Source: a virus
Taxonomy: Duplodnaviria; Caudoviricetes
Reading direction: 5' to 3' (one strand)
Length of the DNA: 54,535 nucleotides
IMG/VR virus record: IMGVR_UViG_3300043430_000111
Span: 1-54,535 of that record
Below are positions 36,101 through 45,348 of this stretch, piece after piece (position 1 is the first letter of the stretch; every line of letters begins with the position of its first letter). The notes below the pieces were generated by a model. That model ran no database searches. It saw nothing but the letters and a program-made list of their open reading frames with translations, and was not told where the DNA came from. A program made the translations under genes and the position numbers.

Positions 36101-37670
36101 CTGCCGTGCGGCGCAAGAATTCCATCTGCGAAGCGGCGACGGCCGAGTCCTTGTAGATCGCCGTCAGACCCTTGCGCATCGACTCGGCTTGCAAGGTCAC
36201 TTCAATGAACGCGCGGCCCATCGCCTTGACCTTCTCCACCACCGACGCAATACCGTCAGCGATCAGATTGCCTGCCGCGATCTGACCCATCGAGTTCTTG
36301 AGCAGGCCGGCCGCACGGTCAGCCAAGGTGATCTGCCCCGTGGCCGCGCGCATCTCGCGCTCCAACTCTCGAATTTGCACGGAGCCGGACGACATCGCCA
36401 CCTTCAACTCCGCACCGGTCAGACCAGCCTGCGACGAGAGCGTGTCCATCGCCCCGCGCACTTTCTCGATCTCGGCGCGAAGCTCGTTGGCCCCGCGCAT
36501 CCCGACCGTTGAAAAGGCGTTAGTGATCGCCTGGGCGTTCTTGTTGGCACTCTGCTGGATCGCCGCCGTCTTCTCGGCTTCGAGTCGCACTGTCAGTGCC
36601 GCAGCCTCACGCTGGGCTTGGTTCTCGGCGGCGAGAGACTGCCGAGCCTGAATCTCCAAACGCTCACGGGTCTGACGCTGAAGCTCGTATAGCCTGTCCG
36701 ACTCAGCCTGCTCGCGTTTGCGCTCCGCAATGATCGCGTCCGTCTTGGCCTTCTCGATGGCGCGTTCTTCCGCCGCAGCCTTCTCGCGCGCCGCCGCAGC
36801 CTGCTGGCGCAGACGAATCTCAGCATTGAGCGACGCGATTCGCTCGGCTTCGCTCTTGGCTGTGCGCTCGGATTCTTCGCGCGCCTTGCGCTCCGCAGCA
36901 GCAGTATGCTCGATGGCCTGTGACTTATCGCGGGCCGCGGCACCGGTGTTGTTGAACGCCTGGATCAACTGCGCTTGCGTCTGTGCTAAGTCCTGAGTCG
37001 CCAGTCCGGCCTGCTCGGTCTCCGTGCGCGACTTTTCCAACTCCCGACTGGCCTTCGCCAGTTCATCGTTGCGCTTGCCGAGCTGTGTGAGCGAAGCGTT
37101 GTACTGCCGCTCCAGTCGCTTCTCTGCGGCTTCAGCCTCGCTCAGAGACTGGTTGGCTGTGCGCTGTTCGGCCTGGAGCCGCTTGGTCTCCTGCGTCGCT
37201 GCGGTCTTGGCGTCGATCAACTCACGCAGACGAGCCTCGTACTGCTTGGTCCCCTTCTCCGCATCCCCCACGCCACCGCGCAACTTCTGCAACTCACCTG
37301 CGAGGCGCGAGACCTCCTGCTGAGATGCGAGGTATGCGGCGCCCGCCCGCTCTTGGCTGTCTGCGGCGGTCTCGGTCGCGGTGCGCGAGGCGGCGAGCCG
37401 CTGCGCCAGCTCATCGACCTTTGTGGCGGCAAGCCCCTGCTTATCGGCCACCTTCTGCGTAGCGTCGGCCAACTGCTCGAACGCACGCAGCGCCTCGGCC
37501 TGGGAACCCAGGCGACCGATCTCGTCCGCAAGTTTCTGGAACTCCGGTGCGGCATCGCCACCCTCTTGGGCGAGCTTTTGCACCTGATCCTGAAGTTTCT
37601 TGATCTCGTCGGCCCCCAGCGTTTCCACGCTCAGGGTCATCTTCACATCGCGGTTGTTGCCTGCTGCCAT
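33165..37670 (-). CDS. Tape measure protein containing an intein
   Basis: 1501 aa, Ala/Gln-rich helical; tape-measure motif ALGQIASKG|TVSMEELRQQLGD is split by an insert. Confidence 0.92.
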   Translation of the reverse strand: MAAGNNRDVKMTLSVETLGADEIKKLQDQVQKLAQEGGDAAPEFQKLADEIGRLGSQAEALRAFEQLADATQKVADKQGLAATKVDELAQRLAASRTATETAADSQERAGAAYLASQQEVSRLAGELQKLRGGVGDAEKGTKQYEARLRELIDAKTAATQETKRLQAEQRTANQSLSEAEAAEKRLERQYNASLTQLGKRNDELAKASRELEKSRTETEQAGLATQDLAQTQAQLIQAFNNTGAAARDKSQAIEHTAAAERKAREESERTAKSEAERIASLNAEIRLRQQAAAAREKAAAEERAIEKAKTDAIIAERKREQAESDRLYELQRQTRERLEIQARQSLAAENQAQREAAALTVRLEAEKTAAIQQSANKNAQAITNAFSTVGMRGANELRAEIEKVRGAMDTLSSQAGLTGAELKVAMSSGSVQIRELEREMRAATGQITLADRAAGLLKNSMGQIAAGNLIADGIASVVEKVKAMGRAFIEVTLQAESMRKGLTAIYKDSAVAASQMEFLRRTAVGAGVSISGLVTDFVRFSAATKASNIPLGDTNALFTALTRASSSLGLGADKTSLALNALGQIASKGCHAPGTLIRMADGSTKTVEQVRVGESLFGPDGSARVVLMLAHGKSAMYRIAPQVGESFVVNEEHKMRVNRAGAAETLTVAEYLRLSQHAQAEYSLRHANLGEVAFSVAYENEGDFYGFLISGDHLYLDAQGFEHHNTVSMEELRQQLGDAVPGALSLTAQGLGVTDAQLIKLVESGQLAARDFFPAFTKGLQTLQGETDGVRQTWERFKNVLTVSAQTAEANGALALLSGTLKVFGFIVGAVAQTLVAAYEGIQLMVKGLVALNAALKGDFKEAWGFFNEEARKSGERIAAVSDAMSQMVNPTEEGAAAMMRAANAQGRLGSAANSTKDAIKFNTDEIAKNGETARTTEAGALALAEAQRITKGSADASTGSWVALTGRLTELAAQQTQAVTVAEKQAKAVELESQAIERLAGLRGQETASLQAAVTASDMKAGALGRVATARENEAAVMRVQLAEMVKLAIAQDGSTKGREVEIQAIQQKVEKLDAEAASSRNAAMAAQLQLEQARLNQQMNRDNSASLEQYRQTMLATSEAAAQVAEAYRNGRATQGEWVAAEKDAAAAVALYNDALKDKIKLQEVSAKSQQADITLATASLGARKAEVEAMLRTAQAMGDENAVRYAKIEQKRVEIAIIKATVQAQMIEQQSIIEVAKAKLEELRRTEPLNKAAQIELETSIKLAEAKIIEAKARGQAVGALESEIRALQNSTSLKDANRNSSDSLGRSLGQEADDRERNAGAIDKETDAMRRRRQLQGGGGGTDPAPYGYTSDGFIANKDGSAAGTFNNNLPVDQAFAVLEAVNTGKLSDVTKEQAQAAYKQALAAQNWMEGTMKLNPAAFSLQAQQDTRAMVAAAMAAMDATGGSTGGSKVSGVGRSTTVVVKFGSKSSSVNTASQADADKLADIFKQLESAAGTAS
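35496..35903 (-). mobile_element. Mini-intein (136 aa)
   Basis: C1 CHAPGTLIRMADGS, block B VNEEH, block F FYGF, terminal HN followed by +1 Thr. Confidence 0.9.
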
Positions 37671-37684
37671 GTCGGTTCCTGCTC

Positions 37685-37722
37685 AAACAAAAACCCGCCA
37701 AGCCTCTCGGTCATGGCGGGTT
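37685..37722 (-). terminator. Rho-independent terminator after the major tail gene
   Basis: AACCCGCCA/TGGCGGGTT stem followed by TTTGTTT on the minus strand. Confidence 0.75.
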
Positions 37723-37758
37723 CGGTTCGCGGGTTACCCCGCCGCGCCTGCGAAGGGC

Positions 37759-38508
37759 TTACTTCTGGAGCACCACGTTGAAGGGCTCGGTGAAGCCGGC
37801 CGGGGTCTTCATGCGACCGGGCAGCGAGACGCTGGCGAAGTCGTCTTGCAGGAAGTCGAAGGCCGAGTCGGCGGCGATGATCGCCTCGTGCACCGTCACG
37901 GTGTACGGCAGGTCGTCCGCGAAGTTCTTGCCGACCAGCTTGAACTTGGCGCGCAACTGCGCGTTGGTCATACCTTTGATCTCGTCGCCGGTCGTGGTGG
38001 CGTAGGCACCGGACACCTTGATGGTGCCGCCGGCAATCACGCTGTTGTCGTTGGTGGACAGCACCTTGATCCAGCCCAACTGTTTGTCGGTGATGAAGTC
38101 GATACCTTCCGTCAGAACTACGTCGGCGGAAGTATCTGCGGTGATGCTGGTGAAGCTGGCCTTGGACAGCGGAATCCAGGTGTCCAGAGCGGTCACAGTG
38201 ACCACTTCGTCGGTCAAAGTGCCGCCCGTTTGCGACACGGCGGCGACGGTGCCCAGCAGTGCAATCGCCAAAGACTCACGGTTCACTTCCGGCAGGTCAA
38301 CCGTCAAGTCGGCAGGCTGGGGAATAGCAACCGATTCGATCACTTGACCGTAGGTGTTACGACCCTTGGAGGTCATCTCCTTGAGTTCGACGTTCGGTTT
38401 GATCTCGAACTTCGTGCACTCATAGGGGCCTTGCCAAGCCTGTACAACACCACCCGCGTAGCGCGCAATGTAGAGGTCGCCGGCACCCAAAAAGCCGCGT
38501 GCTGCCAT
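37759..38508 (-). CDS. Major tail tube protein
   Basis: 249 aa; AAGGAG RBS; position after the tail terminator. Confidence 0.8.
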   Translation of the reverse strand: MAARGFLGAGDLYIARYAGGVVQAWQGPYECTKFEIKPNVELKEMTSKGRNTYGQVIESVAIPQPADLTVDLPEVNRESLAIALLGTVAAVSQTGGTLTDEVVTVTALDTWIPLSKASFTSITADTSADVVLTEGIDFITDKQLGWIKVLSTNDNSVIAGGTIKVSGAYATTTGDEIKGMTNAQLRAKFKLVGKNFADDLPYTVTVHEAIIAADSAFDFLQDDFASVSLPGRMKTPAGFTEPFNVVLQK

Positions 38509-38578
38509 GAATTTCTCCTTTTCAGATGCCGAATGGCCCAATTTTGCTAAGAGTCTGCCAACAAAACGCTAAAGCGTT

Positions 38579-38596
38579 CTGCGGGACAATTTCGCA
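38579..38596 (-). promoter_or_regulatory. Late-promoter activator motif
   Basis: CTGCGGGACAATTTCGCA exact copy, upstream of the major tail gene. Confidence 0.7.
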
Positions 38597-38598
38597 AG

Positions 38599-39063
38599 TC
38601 AAGGGTTGCTCAGGTCTTCTGCGAAAGAGACTTCGATAGCGACGCGCGCCTGCACCAGCGCAACGCCGTCTGCGCGCGGGCCGATGTCCTTACCCTGGTA
38701 GACCACCTCGACCACGGTGCCTCCAAGAGTGCGGCCATCCTTGAAGATGACCTTCTTGATGTCGCGGATCATCGCGTGAGCCTTGTCGTTCGGGTTGTCC
38801 GGGTCGCAGGCGTCGAAGCCGTCGATCAGGTATGGCTGGCGGACCTTCACCAATGCGCTCTGGCTGCGGCCGGCTGTGTCTTCCACGTCGTCGTTACCCT
38901 CAATGAGCACGCAGCAGGGCACCTCATCATCGACAGGCATCTTGCGGCGTCCACGCTTGATGTTCTGGCCGACGTTGGTCTCAAAGCCGTTGGCGACCGA
39001 GATGGTCGAAAGGCGAGCGACGATGGCTGCTGCCACATCGGAGGACTTGACGTACACGGTCAT
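38599..39063 (-). CDS. Tail terminator protein
   Basis: L.TI...NGF.T motif; synteny. Confidence 0.7.
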   Translation of the reverse strand: MTVYVKSSDVAAAIVARLSTISVANGFETNVGQNIKRGRRKMPVDDEVPCCVLIEGNDDVEDTAGRSQSALVKVRQPYLIDGFDACDPDNPNDKAHAMIRDIKKVIFKDGRTLGGTVVEVVYQGKDIGPRADGVALVQARVAIEVSFAEDLSNP

Positions 39064-39782
39064 TCGATTGCCTTCCTGAGTTCTTCTTCAACTCGGTCAA
39101 CGATGGCGCGTTCGAGTTCGTCACCCACGTCGTCTTGGATGGCCGCGCCAACGGTCTTGAAAAGTTGATAGACGGACGGGCCGTGCAGCGCCTTAACACC
39201 CTGACGTGACTGCTTGCGGTTGCGGTCCATCTTTCCGGAGCCACCGACACCCGTCCCGACGAACAGTACGGGGCTACCGTCGTTGTGCTTTTTACCGGGG
39301 ATGGTGAAGACCGAGCGCATGGTCTTTCTAGACCCGCGCGTCACCGCGACGCTGAAGCCGGCCTGTTTGTCGCCTGCATCAATCCCACGGTCGGCGCCAC
39401 CCTTTCGGTCTTCCCACTTAGGCCACGGGCCGATCTTTCGACCTCGCTCAAGACCGTCTTCCTTATCCCACTTCGACGCTTTGACCTCTTGAAGCGCACC
39501 GTAGTGACCCAAGCCTGTCAGGAAAGGGTTGCCACCCTGGGCGACAATCTCCGCAATAGGCTTACCTGCCGATGCTTCACGCACCCGCATTCTCGACCTG
39601 ACGTAGGCGTCGTCCAGGTTGATCGTCTTGATCATTCGACCTCGCGCAAGCTCGTAGGTCTCGTTCGTGATGCGGTTGATTGTTTCGACCACGGCTCTAC
39701 CGAGGTCTTCCGCGCGGATTGCACCGAGCCGGCCTTGCAGTGCCTCGATCTCGCTCATGTCGAGCTTGATGTCGAACGCCAT
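39060..39782 (-). CDS. Minor tail protein (lambda Z-like)
   Basis: LHGPSVYQ C-terminal motif; synteny. Confidence 0.7.
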   Translation of the reverse strand: MAFDIKLDMSEIEALQGRLGAIRAEDLGRAVVETINRITNETYELARGRMIKTINLDDAYVRSRMRVREASAGKPIAEIVAQGGNPFLTGLGHYGALQEVKASKWDKEDGLERGRKIGPWPKWEDRKGGADRGIDAGDKQAGFSVAVTRGSRKTMRSVFTIPGKKHNDGSPVLFVGTGVGGSGKMDRNRKQSRQGVKALHGPSVYQLFKTVGAAIQDDVGDELERAIVDRVEEELRKAIE

Positions 39783-39783
39783 C

Positions 39784-40086
39784 TCAGACCTTCACGACGA
39801 CAAACCTGCGGATGAATCCGCTGTCAACTACCAGCGCATCGAGCTTGTACTTCGCCCCGTTGACGGTGAGCGCATCGCCCACCTTCGGGTCGAGCGAGGA
39901 TTCGATGCTGGCGATGTCTTGTGTGACCGTCGTGTAGCGTTCGACGGTAGGGTTGAAGTCCAACCCTTCCAAGTGAACACCGCGTTCGATGTTCACTTGG
40001 CAGGGCACACCCCCGCGCAAAAGGGCACCCCCGCCCAGGAGGGCGAGAGCGTCCTTTGCTGCTTGCGCGAAGATGTCGTTCATCAA
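39784..40086 (-). CDS. Head-tail joining protein (FII-like)
   Basis: P..GD.L.V.G..Y motif; follows the major capsid gene. Confidence 0.7.
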   Translation of the reverse strand: MMNDIFAQAAKDALALLGGGALLRGGVPCQVNIERGVHLEGLDFNPTVERYTTVTQDIASIESSLDPKVGDALTVNGAKYKLDALVVDSGFIRRFVVVKV

Positions 40087-41096
40087 GAGGCTGCGGCAGA
40101 CAGCTTGATGACGGCTTCAGGCAGGGTGTTCAGGTGAACCGGGTTCGATTGCGACTCCAGCATCACACCCTTGTTGAAGGGCAGAACTTCCTGCTTGGCG
40201 TAGTACGGCAGGCCGTTGGTGTTGACGGTCTCCATGTAGTCGGCCGGAGCGAAGGCGGTTTGGAACATGCCGCGCACGCCTTCTGGGTAGGCGTAGGCGA
40301 AGCCGTCTTCGATGAAGTCCGTGCCACCGACGCCGCCTTCGTAGATGTGGAAGACCACACCGCCGAATTCAAAGTCAGACTCGGACTGGTCGGTGCGACC
40401 GAACTGACCTTGCTGCCACAAGTCCCAAGCCTTCTTCATGTTGGCGTGAGCGATCAGCTTGTCGAAGAAGCCGACCGAGCACTCGACACGCACGCGAGCG
40501 AAAGAGCGTCCGCCCAACTTCTCGCGGATGGCTCGCTTGAGCTTGACACACAGCTCCTTCGGGTCTGCGGTGGTGCCGGTGGTGGCGATGTTCCAGAACT
40601 GCGTCACCTGCGTCATGCCAAACAGCGTGTACAGGTTCAGGATGGTGCTCGAACCATCGGCGTCCAGGATCAGACCCTTCAGGGCACCGACACGCTGGTA
40701 CTCGTGGGTCAGGTCCAGGTTGGCCTTCATCTTGTCCAGACGCTGACGAACCACTTGGCTCATAGCCTGCACTTCGGTCTCGGAACCGAAGGCGCGCACA
40801 CCCTGAACCACATCGGCCAGGATGGAGTCGCGCTGCGGCAGGTGGACCGTCGCCACAGGGATGAGCTTGCGGGTTTCGCTCTCCAGCGTCTGACCAACGC
40901 CGCCGCGCGGAGCGGTGGGCACCAGTTGCAGATTCGAGCCCTTGCGCTCGATCATCATGGTGGTGGTCGTGATGCCGTACTCTTGGAAGATACCAAGATC
41001 ACCCAGGCGAGTGGGCACGCGGGGGATGTCAACGATGGTCTGGGTCAGTTGGCTGACCTGAAACGCATCGTCGTTGAAGATGTCAAACGTAGCCAT
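40083..41096 (-). CDS. Major capsid protein (lambda E family)
   Basis: T.EYQR.GALKG.ILDADG, FAPADY.ETVNT.GLP.Y, SQSNP. Confidence 0.92.
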   Translation of the reverse strand: MATFDIFNDDAFQVSQLTQTIVDIPRVPTRLGDLGIFQEYGITTTTMMIERKGSNLQLVPTAPRGGVGQTLESETRKLIPVATVHLPQRDSILADVVQGVRAFGSETEVQAMSQVVRQRLDKMKANLDLTHEYQRVGALKGLILDADGSSTILNLYTLFGMTQVTQFWNIATTGTTADPKELCVKLKRAIREKLGGRSFARVRVECSVGFFDKLIAHANMKKAWDLWQQGQFGRTDQSESDFEFGGVVFHIYEGGVGGTDFIEDGFAYAYPEGVRGMFQTAFAPADYMETVNTNGLPYYAKQEVLPFNKGVMLESQSNPVHLNTLPEAVIKLSAAAS

Positions 41097-41127
41097 GTTC
41101 AGTGTGCTCCTGAGTCAATGTGTTGGC

Positions 41128-41523
41128 TCACAGAGCCGGGGTTGCGATACCGGCCGTGTCGATGCCGCGGACCTTGATGCCCAGAGCCAGCAGGTCGGCT
41201 TCACCAGCGGTGTCCAGGCCGGTCAGCTCGAAGCGATTGAACTCGGCGTCCTTGTTCAGGATCACAGACTTCACATCACCAGTCACAGCGTCGGTGGCGC
41301 GGTACAGAACGCCGGCTGCGACTTCAGAGCCGTCAGCGGCGACGTTGCTGTAGGGCTTGTACTTGCCGGAGGCAGTCACCTTGCCCAGCACGGTGCCGGA
41401 CTTGATGACGCTACCTGCGACAATCACAGTCACGTTGTCGCGGCTGCGTTCGCCAGGGGCTTCGGAGAGGATGAACGGCTTGACCTTCGGGCCGTTGTCG
41501 TAGATGTGGCCGGATACGGGCAT
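41128..41523 (-). CDS. Head decoration protein (lambda D-like)
   Basis: SEA.G.RSR, GTVLGK.TASGKY, DGSE.A.GVL. Confidence 0.88.
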   Translation of the reverse strand: MPVSGHIYDNGPKVKPFILSEAPGERSRDNVTVIVAGSVIKSGTVLGKVTASGKYKPYSNVAADGSEVAAGVLYRATDAVTGDVKSVILNKDAEFNRFELTGLDTAGEADLLALGIKVRGIDTAGIATPAL

Positions 41524-41532
41524 GGTGGCTCC

Positions 41533-42567
<1,035 letters not shown>

Positions 42568-42616
42568 GAGCGGTTCCTTACCTAATTGGAACGCACTCTA
42601 TGTCGCAAACGCCAAA

Positions 42617-42913
42617 CTACCCCTGCGGGACAATTTCGCAACGTGTCAGGTCGATTTCATTACCCAATCGGGTTTTGAGATACGCACGAGCGCACGCGGC
42701 GAGTGGGTCAGGGTCGATCCCGGATTTCCACGCGCTCAAACCTGCGATCTTGTAAGGGAGCCTGACGTGGACCACGTAGACCGGCCCCCACCGCTCCATC
42801 ACATCGGCCTCACGCAGGAATAGATGCCACGGGTCAATACCTCGACCCTCTAATTGCGCGACGATCAGATGCAGCATCTCGCTGCTCATGTCGTCAACGC
42901 GGACGGTGGTCAT
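42617..42913 (-). CDS. Hypothetical protein
   Basis: 98 aa, coupled to the Rz-like gene. Confidence 0.6.
   Translation of the reverse strand: MTTVRVDDMSSEMLHLIVAQLEGRGIDPWHLFLREADVMERWGPVYVVHVRLPYKIAGLSAWKSGIDPDPLAACARAYLKTRLGNEIDLTRCEIVPQG
42623..42640 (-). promoter_or_regulatory. Late-promoter activator motif
   Basis: CTGCGGGACAATTTCGCA; TAGAGT 22 nt downstream on the minus strand. Confidence 0.7.
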
Positions 42914-43217
42914 TTTCTAGGCCAGGATTCGTAGAGCTGGCGGGACTCCGCAGCATGGCGGTCAGCTTGTCGCGCGACTTCTGCACCGCGTTCAGCCATG
43001 CCTCGACCTCGCTCTGCCAAGTCGTTGAGTACGTCTGTGCAGGCGCTGGCGTAGGCTCGAACGCCGGCGTCGGAAGCGGCGTCGATACGCTCGGTGAGAC
43101 CGGCAAAGTCCCCCCGCATCCCGGCAGTAGTGCTGCGAAGATCAAGCAGCACACGCGCGAGTTTGTCGGCCGCTTCGTCGTTGGCGTGCTGCGTGCGCTG
43201 GAACTTGTCGAGAGCAT
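42894..43217 (-). CDS. o-spanin (Rz1-like lipoprotein), overlapping the i-spanin
   Basis: Lipobox ALLPG-C followed by a Pro-rich segment in an alternative frame; start uncertain. Confidence 0.65.
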   Translation of the reverse strand: MLSTSSSARSTPTTKRPTNSRVCCLIFAALLPGCGGTLPVSPSVSTPLPTPAFEPTPAPAQTYSTTWQSEVEAWLNAVQKSRDKLTAMLRSPASSTNPGLENDHRPR

Positions 43218-43407
43218 CGGTCATCCCCTTTTGGTGAGCGACCATCTCAGCGACAGCCGCGTTTGTTGCTGACAACTGCTGACTGGTTTTTCGCTGCTCG
43301 ATGCGTGCGATCTCGGCGCCGAGCCTCCATCCGTTCGCCGCCCAGCCGCCGAGCGCGCCTGTGGCGATTGCCGCGGCAATGGGGATGAGCGTAAAGCGGT
43401 CGATCAC
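42910..43407 (-). CDS. i-spanin (Rz-like)
   Basis: N-terminal transmembrane segment, GW.ANGWR, coiled coil; follows the endolysin. Confidence 0.8.
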   Translation of the reverse strand: MIDRFTLIPIAAAIATGALGGWAANGWRLGAEIARIEQRKTSQQLSATNAAVAEMVAHQKGMTDALDKFQRTQHANDEAADKLARVLLDLRSTTAGMRGDFAGLTERIDAASDAGVRAYASACTDVLNDLAERGRGMAERGAEVARQADRHAAESRQLYESWPRK

Positions 43408-43940
43408 GGCTTGACGAACGCCACCGCGGCGTTGTGGTTGCGTTGGAACTTCGAGCGCAACTCTCGGCGCTGCTCATCCGAACCCCGCTCGTGTGCACCT
43501 GGGCGCCAAGTTCGCAGGTACAGGCGCCACGCGCTCTCTGCGTCGGTCGGCATCGGCAGTTCAAGTGGGTCGGTGTAGATCAGCAAGCGGGCGAAAGCGG
43601 CCCCCAGCACATCGTCAAATGCCATGCGCTCCCAGACTGCTCTGCTCTCGGCGTTGACACCACGCGCAGTGCAGATGCGACCGGCGTGGCCGCGGCTGGC
43701 CTTGTGTTGGAGTACACCCAGCACGCCGCCTGCCCGCTCAAACTGCCAGAACGACAGCGCCGGCCCGAGGGTGGTGTTCTTGCCACCCTTCTCCAACTGG
43801 TCGCGGTGCTCGAAGCGCGACTCTTGCATCCCGAAGGTCAGCAGCAGCACGCGGGCGCTCGGCGTGTCCATGACTGATGGCAGCAGAGCCAGAGCAGGCT
43901 CGATGGCCGTCTTGGTGATGTGTTCAAACAGATCGCTCAC
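43404..43940 (-). CDS. Endolysin (lysozyme-like fold)
   Basis: QES catalytic motif, GPA.SFWQFE, Y.RTWRPG; lysis cassette context. Confidence 0.8.
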   Translation of the reverse strand: MSDLFEHITKTAIEPALALLPSVMDTPSARVLLLTFGMQESRFEHRDQLEKGGKNTTLGPALSFWQFERAGGVLGVLQHKASRGHAGRICTARGVNAESRAVWERMAFDDVLGAAFARLLIYTDPLELPMPTDAESAWRLYLRTWRPGAHERGSDEQRRELRSKFQRNHNAAVAFVKP

Positions 43941-44230
43941 GAGCGGCCTTTCTTGAGCGTGTAGTCCGGCGCTCCGGTGCGCCAGTCCGACGATGTTGCG
44001 AGTTGGCTGGCGACGAGCGCGGTCAGCAAGATGAGTTGCCCGAGGTCTTCATGACGGGGGAAAAGCCAGGGTGACAGCGCCGAGCAAAAAGCCCCGACGA
44101 ACACAAGCAGGTATCTCAACTGGAAGGCCACACGGGTGTGGCCCATCCTCGATTTGTTGAGGCGACACAGAGACACGTAGCTCAGTGCGAACGAGAAGAT
44201 CGAGATGCCCACGTCTACCGTCGTCATCAC
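43937..44230 (-). CDS. Holin-like membrane protein
   Basis: Three hydrophobic segments, upstream of the endolysin. Confidence 0.65.
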   Translation of the reverse strand: MMTTVDVGISIFSFALSYVSLCRLNKSRMGHTRVAFQLRYLLVFVGAFCSALSPWLFPRHEDLGQLILLTALVASQLATSSDWRTGAPDYTLKKGRS

Positions 44231-44610
44231 TCACCTCGCTTTGGTAGCATCGCCAGCAATCTCTCAGAGCCCCAGGCGACGACGCGCGGCCAGTCGTGAC
44301 CTATACCTGCGATGGAGACGGAAACCGGAGCCAGGAGCCAGTGCACAGAGTCAAGCTGCGCCCAGATGTTGATGATCTCGGCCACCCCTGTTGTCACCAG
44401 AGAGGACAGCCCGATCATGAGTGTCACAAAGCCGATGGCGCCGAAGCGCGGAAGCTCTTGGATGCGCAAAAGCGCGATACCCGAGCCCACGGCCGCGCCG
44501 ATGATGATGACCGAGTAAGCACCGAGAAAAGTCGCCAGAGTTGGGCCAACGAAGACCGTGAACCCAGCTATCAAGGCACTCACCGGGTCGAGTGAGTTCG
44601 GTTGCTGCAT
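44227..44610 (-). CDS. Holin-like membrane protein
   Basis: Three to four hydrophobic segments. Confidence 0.65.
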   Translation of the reverse strand: MQQPNSLDPVSALIAGFTVFVGPTLATFLGAYSVIIIGAAVGSGIALLRIQELPRFGAIGFVTLMIGLSSLVTTGVAEIINIWAQLDSVHWLLAPVSVSIAGIGHDWPRVVAWGSERLLAMLPKRGE

Positions 44611-44667
44611 AGACTGCTATCCCATTTTCAGGTTTAGCGCATTGTCCGTTGGCAACCTTGATCGTTT

Positions 44668-44685
44668 ATGCGGGACTTTTTCGCA
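44668..44685 (-). promoter_or_regulatory. Late-promoter motif variant
   Basis: ATGCGGGACTTTTTCGCA upstream of the lysis cassette. Confidence 0.6.
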
Positions 44686-44784
44686 ATATGCCGCACTCAC
44701 AGTGCTGCGTCCACCTTGGTCTGGATCTGGAAGATGGCTGTCAGCTCGGCGTGCAACTCAGCGCGAACAGCAGCGCGGTTTTAT

Positions 44785-45021
44785 TTATATAATTGAGGCC
44801 AATACCGGCACTGCAACTCCTAATACGTTTGAAGCCATATCCTGCCAACTGGGTTCACCACGTTTGAGATACCAGTCGTGAATAACTTCCTTGGAAGCTG
44901 CAACGATCAAAGTAACGGCAACCGCATAAACCAGAGGAAGCACCAGCATCAGCAGGGTACAGATCACTGCACAGTACAGAGCATGGTTTGCCTTGTCTTG
45001 TGGGAGCTGTGGAAGATTCAT
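44785..45021 (-). CDS. Small membrane protein
   Basis: DKANH...KE..D...D motif, hydrophobic, AT-rich; AGGAG RBS. Confidence 0.7.
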   Translation of the reverse strand: MNLPQLPQDKANHALYCAVICTLLMLVLPLVYAVAVTLIVAASKEVIHDWYLKRGEPSWQDMASNVLGVAVPVLASII

Positions 45022-45030
45022 AGGTACTCC

Positions 45031-45348
45031 TTATGCCCAAACTCGGGATGGTGTTGATGGGTAAACAGTGTAGGGCTCAAGGGTTGAGCCATCCTCGTCC
45101 GGCATGAGGAATACGTTGACGTGCCAACCATCGAGCGTCTCCGTGATGGGCTGGCCTTGGTCGTCCATCTCGCCGGTCAGCTTGGTGATCTGGCCGATGG
45201 TGTCGATGTTGCGGAAGTTTGGCGTGCTGTACGCCTCGTTGAGAATATTGCCATCAGCATCCAAGATAGCCAGATGCTCGGTGTATAGGGCTGACTTGGC
45301 TTGAGCTTCGTCAGTGAATTTTAGGCAGATGTTCATGATGATCCTCAT
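45031..45348 (-). CDS. Fibre-associated small protein
   Basis: GWHVN...P.TPSRVWA, typically found after fibre genes. Confidence 0.7.
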   Translation of the reverse strand: MRIIMNICLKFTDEAQAKSALYTEHLAILDADGNILNEAYSTPNFRNIDTIGQITKLTGEMDDQGQPITETLDGWHVNVFLMPDEDGSTLEPYTVYPSTPSRVWA

